A stretch of DNA of 29,166 nt from a virus (taxonomy: Duplodnaviria; Caudoviricetes), in the IMG/VR virus record IMGVR_UViG_3300044836_000082, positions 1 to 29,166 of that record. One strand, 5' to 3'. The notes under the pieces are model-generated. The model was not told where the DNA came from and made no database searches. It was given only the letters and a program-made list of their open reading frames with translations. A program made the position numbers and the translations under genes. Positions 24,156-29,166 of this stretch are shown here, in pieces. Position 1 is the stretch's first letter, and each line of letters begins with the position of its first letter.

Positions 24156-24195
24156 GTTCTAGGTGTTGTGAATGTGTATTCACAACACCTAGAAC
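24156..24195. repeat. Perfect 18-bp inverted repeat with 4-nt centre; candidate recombinase site
   Basis: GTTCTAGGTGTTGTGAAT-gtgt-ATTCACAACACCTAGAAC; no following U-tract on either strand. Confidence 0.75.
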
Positions 24196-24401
24196 CCTGC
24201 CGTTCGCAAGCTCTTTTCAGGCAGCTTGACGATGACGGCCAAGCCGTCGCGGCGTGCGCTCAATTTGCTTGTCTCAATCACCCGGAAGATAGCTGCGCAC
24301 TCTGCCAACTGCTCTTTGAGCGCGGGGTTCTGAACCGCACGCACCGCCACTTCGCAAGCGAAGGCGAGATCGTGTTTGAGCAGGCTGTCACGCTTTTTCA
24401 T
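24189..24401 (-). CDS. Hypothetical protein
   Basis: 70-aa ORF in operon packing. Confidence 0.45.
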   Translation of the reverse strand: MKKRDSLLKHDLAFACEVAVRAVQNPALKEQLAECAAIFRVIETSKLSARRDGLAVIVKLPEKSLRTAGF

Positions 24402-24415
24402 AAGCTGCCGAATAG

Positions 24416-24646
24416 TCAGTCATGAGTAGCCAGTGCGGCATCATTCCAGCCGCGTCGCCAGTGATAGCCGCGCTCGTAATCTTCTTCTGAACAACTCGCA
24501 TCGTGCGGATAGGGCGATTCATAAAACTCTTTGCCGGAAGCAAATGCATCCACGCCCTCGTGATAGCAGCGCACGGCCTCTGCCTCATCGAGCGCTGCCG
24601 GCCACGGCGGCGGTGCGTAATCGTTGCTGATTGCTTGCTCACTCAT
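24416..24646 (-). CDS. RMF/CrpP-fold-like small protein
   Basis: YHEGVDAFASGKEFYESPY...HWRRGWNDA parallels RMF G..A...G....CPY...W..GW.EA; SD AAGGAG. Confidence 0.6.
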   Translation of the reverse strand: MSEQAISNDYAPPPWPAALDEAEAVRCYHEGVDAFASGKEFYESPYPHDASCSEEDYERGYHWRRGWNDAALATHD

Positions 24647-24794
24647 GATTTTTTGACTCTCCTTTTCTTTCGTATGAGCCGCGCTCGGTCGTGCGCGTAT
24701 GACAAGAGCAAGGGCAGAGGATTCTCATTCGTCCCATAGCCCTCGCGCACCTCCACGAATCTATAAAACGACAAGAGCAATGATGTGTGCTCAT
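24639..24794 (-). CDS. Small Cys/His-rich protein (51 aa)
   Basis: MSTHHCSCRFIDSWRC...CPCSCH; SD GGAGGAG and ATGA overlap at 24791-24794. Confidence 0.55.
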   Translation of the reverse strand: MSTHHCSCRFIDSWRCARAMGRMRILCPCSCHTRTTERGSYERKGESKNHE

Positions 24795-24979
24795 CGTTTG
24801 TACTCCTCCGTCTGGATGGTGGCGCGCACACATTTGAAGCCGACACTCTTCCAGTGCTTGCGCATCTTTTCCGACACAGCTAGAGCCGCCCACGCTTTCT
24901 TCCTGCTGCTACTCAGGGTGTAGATAAGTATCAGGTCTGCTGAATCAACGATCACGTATCCATCACTTGAAGAAATCAT
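24791..24979 (-). CDS. Hypothetical protein
   Basis: ATGA overlaps at both ends. Confidence 0.55.
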   Translation of the reverse strand: MISSSDGYVIVDSADLILIYTLSSSRKKAWAALAVSEKMRKHWKSVGFKCVRATIQTEEYKR

Positions 24980-25197
24980 CGCTTCCCATTCCTCCCAGCT
25001 GCGACCGACGCTTTAACGAGCGTGCAGTAGAGCGACGCGGCATCAATCTCGAAAGTCCGCTGCATGCTTTTCAAGCGCACGCTCACGAGTCCTGACGGCT
25101 CGACCTTGACCACGACTTTGCGATGCCCGCGCTCGAAGACCGTGGACTCGGTTTCGATTTCAAATGCGAGCTTGGTCTTCACTTGAGACGCGTCCAC
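24976..25197 (-). CDS. Hypothetical protein
   Basis: 73-aa ORF overlapping both neighbours. Confidence 0.5.
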   Translation of the reverse strand: MDASQVKTKLAFEIETESTVFERGHRKVVVKVEPSGLVSVRLKSMQRTFEIDAASLYCTLVKASVAAGRNGKR

Positions 25198-25520
25198 ACA
25201 AATGACCCGTTCACGGCCACGATCATGAGTTCGTTGCTCTTCGCATCACGATATGAATGGACGTGCTCTAAATCCTTCCGCGCGCCTTTCCAGACTGGCT
25301 GGTCTTCGACGAACAGGTAGAGCATGTCGGTTTCAGTGATTTCGACCTTTAGCTCGCTTACGATGAATGTCACGCGCTCGCCGGGATCTATTTCACCCTC
25401 AAAGGTCGCGTCCCACTTCCTCTTGACCTTGAGGGTCTCTGCAAAACGGTCAACGTCCGTTTGCGCCTCTATTTCGTAAAGCGTATCCGGCCACTCTTCG
25501 TTCTCAGCTTCGTTCGACAT
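25179..25520 (-). CDS. Hypothetical acidic protein
   Basis: Start MSNEAENEEW behind SD AAGGAG. Confidence 0.55.
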   Translation of the reverse strand: MSNEAENEEWPDTLYEIEAQTDVDRFAETLKVKRKWDATFEGEIDPGERVTFIVSELKVEITETDMLYLFVEDQPVWKGARKDLEHVHSYRDAKSNELMIVAVNGSFVWTRLK

Positions 25521-25779
25521 GGCGCTCCTTTTTCTTAAATTGCTGCCGCGCAGGGCAGTCAACGAAATGACTCAAGTACAACTCTTCGCCTGCCGCTCGT
25601 GCGGAATGAAGAGCTTCGCCTGTCAGAACGTCATATCGCCTCGTCTGCAGGTCGAGCCTCAGGTTGCCGTCAGGATGTGGCCGCGCGTTTAGCGGGTTAT
25701 TTGACGGACAGGGATTGCGCTCTGTTGGATTCTGCTGCGCGAAGAAGATCGGCGCGGGGCATCGTCTACATGTAGGCAT
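25504..25779 (-). CDS. Conserved phage zinc-binding protein (CxxC...HFxxC)
   Basis: CRRCPAPIFF...P.PDGN...YLSHFVDCP; SD AAGGAG. Confidence 0.65.
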   Translation of the reverse strand: MPTCRRCPAPIFFAQQNPTERNPCPSNNPLNARPHPDGNLRLDLQTRRYDVLTGEALHSARAAGEELYLSHFVDCPARQQFKKKERHVERS

Positions 25780-25812
25780 GACCGTTTTAATCTCCTTTGC
25801 GTTCTGACTTCT

Positions 25813-26328
25813 TCATCCGACTATCGAAAACCTTTCGTCAGGCAAGACTTCTGACTTCAATAATTCGGTTATCGCGCACTCAAGCTTGTTCAAGGTCGAA
25901 TGCACTTTCCCGTCCCACTTGCCCGCGTAATCCGGACACTCGCATTCAAGGTTCGCGTGAAAAGATATCTGCTCGCATCCCGGCAGCTCGAAATAAATAA
26001 TCCAGCGCGTGTGAAAGGCGTCTGACTGATGCTTGCCATATGTCCAACCATGCGCCCCGAAAAGAATGATGAGTTCGTGAATGAGCGCATGCTTCTTTTC
26101 GTAGTAGGTATAACTCCATGCGCCTCCGTATTTTTTGCCAAGTGCAGAACAGTCTTCGATTTCGAGCGCGAGCCGAAAGGCGCGTGCCGTTGCGCTTGTC
26201 CGCGAGAGCCGGTTCAGTCGTAGCTTGACCCGGCGCGTGCCCATGCCGCAGAACTGCTCGCGCGCCTGCCTTAATTTCCTGACTGCTTCGCTCCGTCCCA
26301 TGAATTCAACCCCAAAGGAATCACTCAC
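25813..26328 (-). CDS. Hypothetical protein with QISFH...WDG motif (WDGH-like phage family)
   Basis: IYFELPGCEQISFH...YAGKWDG. Confidence 0.55.
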   Translation of the reverse strand: MSDSFGVEFMGRSEAVRKLRQAREQFCGMGTRRVKLRLNRLSRTSATARAFRLALEIEDCSALGKKYGGAWSYTYYEKKHALIHELIILFGAHGWTYGKHQSDAFHTRWIIYFELPGCEQISFHANLECECPDYAGKWDGKVHSTLNKLECAITELLKSEVLPDERFSIVG

Positions 26329-26352
26329 CCGTGCGCAACGTAAGACTTATTA

Positions 26353-26556
26353 TCAGACACCGGCAGCCAGATGAGATTCATGGCTGTGGCTCTCTTCTGC
26401 CGCGTCCCCGTGCGACTGCGTTCCGGCCAACTCAACTCGCCTCTCGCTCTGCCTCTCGTCCTCAGCGTCATCGCAGACCATCGCCAGACGATACGACTCG
26501 CACAGCTCACACCCCAGACGATAACCAACCGTGCAACCGCATTGCGGACACTTCAT
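26353..26556 (-). CDS. Small Cys-rich protein
   Basis: MKCPQCGC...CELC; SD GGGAGG. Confidence 0.55.
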   Translation of the reverse strand: MKCPQCGCTVGYRLGCELCESYRLAMVCDDAEDERQSERRVELAGTQSHGDAAEESHSHESHLAAGV

Positions 26557-26718
26557 CAAAACCTCCCTTTCCAGTTGGGTAAATATTCTTTTTGCTCATA
26601 TGCTAAAATGTATTTTCAGGCTGTGGCATGAGAGTATGCGTGCATCGGAAATTAACCTCCCTTTGCGCTGGTTGGTTGTTAGTCCAACACACAGCCTGTC
26701 TCCCTTCAGGTCGTGCTA

Positions 26719-27579
26719 TCAACCACTTTGCGCCTCACGCTCAAGCTCATCGCTGGCCGTTGCCGCTTCAGACGCAGGCTCTTGAATCTGGCGGCACTTG
26801 CACCTTCGCGCGCCCTTGCCCTTCACTACTTCCATTCCAGCGCCGAAACAAACAACGCACTCCGGGTCAGGTGGCCGCAATCGCTCGTCTTGCATGCCCG
26901 GCTCGAACTGGCCTTCCACCACGGGCGCGCCCATTAGCGGCAATGTCGGCTGCACGGGCGGCGTGCCTCGCTCGGTCGAGAGCCAGTACGCCAGCCTGCC
27001 CTTGGTCGGTCTGACGCTCTCTCTGCGACAGGTCGCTTGAAGCTTGCGCCACACGTAATCAACCAACTCCGCCGGATAGATTCCCTCTCCCTTGACCTCC
27101 GCGATGTAGGCCGCGTCACACGTCTCGCGTTTCCACTTTCGACCAGCGGCAGCAGCAGCAGCTTCGTCTGGTTCTTTAAGTGGTTTATCTGTATAAGGAG
27201 AGGCCGACTCTTCGTTAGGATTTTTCCTAACGGGGGTTAGGATTTTTCCTAACGAGGCCGACTCTTCGTTAGGATTTTTCCTAACGAGCGGACGCACTTT
27301 CGGCGGCGGAAATTCTTCAGCGCCCACTAGCAACTCGACCGCGTGACGCCCTGTGCGCCTGATCCAGCCCTCCCTGACCAGCTCCGTTTTCATATTGGAA
27401 ATGTGCGTGTAAGTACGCCTCATCTCTACGGCCAGCAGCTCAAGGCTCGGATCGCAGCGCCCCGTGTCGCGGTTGCGGTGTGAGCAATATTGTTCGTAGA
27501 GACTCCATGCTCCGTGCGATAATTCACTCCGACGGCGCATTGCTTCGTCCGGTACGGCCACGTAGTTGGGACTGGGCAA
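26719..27579 (-). CDS. Replication initiator, lambda-O/DnaD-like, with N-terminal wHTH and C-terminal Cys4 motif
   Basis: LSHGAW.LY...CDPSLELLA.EM.....I.....ELV.EGWI wHTH; internal iterons; probable start TTG 27579 behind SD AAAAGGA. Confidence 0.8.
   Translation of the reverse strand: MPSPNYVAVPDEAMRRRSELSHGAWSLYEQYCSHRNRDTGRCDPSLELLAVEMRRTYTHISNMKTELVREGWIRRTGRHAVELLVGAEEFPPPKVRPLVRKNPNEESASLGKILTPVRKNPNEESASPYTDKPLKEPDEAAAAAAGRKWKRETCDAAYIAEVKGEGIYPAELVDYVWRKLQATCRRESVRPTKGRLAYWLSTERGTPPVQPTLPLMGAPVVEGQFEPGMQDERLRPPDPECVVCFGAGMEVVKGKGARRCKCRQIQEPASEAATASDELEREAQSG
27200..27286. repeat. Replication origin iterons: 3 x GTTAGGATTTTTCCTAAC
   Basis: Copies at 27214-31, 27236-53, 27268-85, each with 7-bp inverted arms; 33-bp direct repeat 27200-232/27254-286. 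Confidence 0.85.
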
Positions 27580-27616
27580 ATGTGTTGTTCCTTTTTCCGG
27601 GAGCTGTGAAAACCAA

Positions 27617-27651
27617 GCGCGGCGCATCTACTTAGGGCAGATGCGCCGCGC
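27617..27651. other. 13-bp GC-rich hairpin between the Sak4-like gene and the initiator
   Basis: GCGCGGCGCATCT-9 nt-AGATGCGCCGCGC. Confidence 0.65.
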
Positions 27652-27656
27652 GCTTG

Positions 27657-28901
27657 TCAGAAGACCGATTCCGCCGCTTCTCTTTCGAGCGCAGCATGCA
27701 ATCCGCTCAGTTCCAGCGCCGTCAAATTCTTCTTATCGCGCCCCTCATAATCTCGCGTCATGATGGCCGTCAGTTGGGCGTCGAGTGAGCGCTCGACAAC
27801 CAAAGCGTTGATGCTGGCCAGCAGTTCCATCCGCTCGCGCACGTCACGATAGTGATTCAGCGTCTTGACCAGGAACTCCCCGCCGAGAGAGTCAAGCCCG
27901 CCCTTCGTCTGAAGCTGTTGATTGATCCTGAGATCAATATCGGTGCGCGATTTTCCGACTGCGCGGCCAACCTCCACAATCTCTCGGACGGTGATCTCGC
28001 GCACGCGTACCGGGTCAGTGATCTCCTGCCCGCCCGGATCAAATACGCGCGGCATCTCGCCAGTAGAATCAACCGTGAACTCCGGCACGGGTGGCGATGT
28101 GAGTTTGAACAGATTGTCAGAACCTGAAGCCTGCGGTCTGGATGGTACAGCTTGAAGCGTAGGTGCCTGCGCCGCCGGAGCTGCTTCGCCGTCGGTCAGC
28201 CAGTCTGTCAGAATTTCGGCGACTTCCCGACCGGCTTTATTGAAGACCTTCCCGGTGAGACGAGAGCAGCGTGTCTTGCCGATGATGAGATTGTTGTCCT
28301 GATCGAGATCGGCAACTACGTCGAACTCATATTCAAGACCATCGCGCTGCACGGGCTGCATGCCGATTTTACGCGGAACTGATTTACCCGACTTCTCATC
28401 TTTCTCCACGACGTACTCAGTCTTGGTGCGCATCGTCGCAATGATGTGCATCGAAGAGTTAATGATCGCGTCCACCATCGCGTTATGCAGCGGCGTCACA
28501 TTGCGCCAGGCTGCGAAGGAGTTTCCCCGCTCGCGCTTGGCGGCGTTGTCTACCTTTTCCAGCGCGCCGTCCTTGCCCATCCACGCATGCGAGAGCGAGT
28601 CAATGACCAGCACTTTGTATCCGGCGCTTTCCGCCGCCCTGATCACTTCGACGTACGTTTCAGGACTGAAAGACTCAGGCTCAATTACGTCGAACTGGAA
28701 ACGCGTGCCGTCGGCCAACTCCTCGCCGGCATATTTGGAGGCGGAGCCGCGCTCGGTATCCATGACCGCGATGGAGCCGCCCGAGGCGAGATAGGTTGCC
28801 AGCTTGAGCGCGGTGAAAGTCTTGCCGCCGCCGGCCGGGCCAATCAGCGCGAGGCGCAGACGAGATTGCTGTTTAGTGGCTTTCTTGAATTGCAGTGCCA
28901 T
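27657..28901 (-). CDS. Sak4-like AAA ATPase (AAA_24), phage recombination/annealing protein
   Basis: FKKATK...RLALIGPAGGGKT (Walker A), DTERGSA..Y, VLVIDSLSHAW (Walker B), HIIATMR.K..Y, G..PVQRDGLEYEFD, KTR; start ATG 28901 with SD AAGGAG. Confidence 0.85.
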   Translation of the reverse strand: MALQFKKATKQQSRLRLALIGPAGGGKTFTALKLATYLASGGSIAVMDTERGSASKYAGEELADGTRFQFDVIEPESFSPETYVEVIRAAESAGYKVLVIDSLSHAWMGKDGALEKVDNAAKRERGNSFAAWRNVTPLHNAMVDAIINSSMHIIATMRTKTEYVVEKDEKSGKSVPRKIGMQPVQRDGLEYEFDVVADLDQDNNLIIGKTRCSRLTGKVFNKAGREVAEILTDWLTDGEAAPAAQAPTLQAVPSRPQASGSDNLFKLTSPPVPEFTVDSTGEMPRVFDPGGQEITDPVRVREITVREIVEVGRAVGKSRTDIDLRINQQLQTKGGLDSLGGEFLVKTLNHYRDVRERMELLASINALVVERSLDAQLTAIMTRDYEGRDKKNLTALELSGLHAALEREAAESVF

Positions 28902-28920
28902 AGTGTTGTATAAGCTCCTT

Positions 28921-29166
28921 TCAAGGGCGAGGACTTTGTTCCTCGTAAAAGGAGAGCGACGTAGGCGCTGCACGCAACTCGTCGCTCTCTTTGTTTGTTT
29001 CAACGTCAAACCAGAATGAAGCGCGGAAACTCTCCCGTGCGAGGCGCTCCCGATTTCTCTTGATCACATCATTGAGCTTCATCAGGCGCAGATTCTTCTC
29101 GATGATCTCTTTCCCGAGTTCGCGGGCTTCCGCTTCCAGTATCTGAAGTGATTCTTCCTCGCTCAT
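28921..29166 (-). CDS. Hypothetical coiled-coil protein
   Basis: 81-aa ORF at window edge; upstream context not visible. Confidence 0.45.
   Translation of the reverse strand: MSEEESLQILEAEARELGKEIIEKNLRLMKLNDVIKRNRERLARESFRASFWFDVETNKESDELRAAPTSLSFYEEQSPRP

Noticed and set aside
24156-24195. Protelomerase (telRL/tos) site of a linear phage-plasmid
   Set aside because: The adjacent enzyme is a 348-aa Xer-type recombinase with HxxR/H/Y motifs, not TelN-like in size or motif
27200-27286. Mini CRISPR array
   Set aside because: Spacers of 4 and 14 nt, inside a coding sequence, no cas genes; fits iterons
28902-29009. TTG-start extension of the Sak4-like ORF
   Set aside because: Overlaps the upstream gene; family-like sequence and SD begin at ATG 28901

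Overview
The window is most of a temperate siphovirus-like phage or prophage, transcribed almost entirely on the minus strand. Read right to left, the early region has a Sak4-like AAA ATPase and a lambda-O-like replication initiator with three palindromic iterons inside its ORF. It continues with small accessory genes (several Cys-rich, one RMF-like), a Xer/Cre-type tyrosine recombinase beside a perfect 18-bp inverted repeat, and a J-domain gene. An oppositely oriented moron carries a phycobilisome-linker (PBS_linker_poly-like) domain, followed by a candidate HTH late regulator. The late operon holds a membrane protein, metallopeptidase, TerS, TerL, SPP1-type portal, scaffold, major capsid, neck and tail-completion proteins, tail tube, chaperones, tape measure and tail-tip/fibre genes. 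A divergent HTH_17/SWIM module sits at the left edge. No att sites, endolysin, CI-type repressor, RT, tRNA or CRISPR were recognised. The least-explained signals are: (1) an Acb2/Tad1-like sponge gene inside the tail operon, broken by one in-frame TAG and preceded by a kissing-loop RNA; (2) switch-like, RBS-masking RNA leaders in front of the late operon and the capsid gene; (3) a probable +1/-2 tail-chaperone frameshift; (4) a lox-like palindrome beside the recombinase; (5) the PBS-linker moron. All family assignments come from motif recognition by eye; no searches were run.
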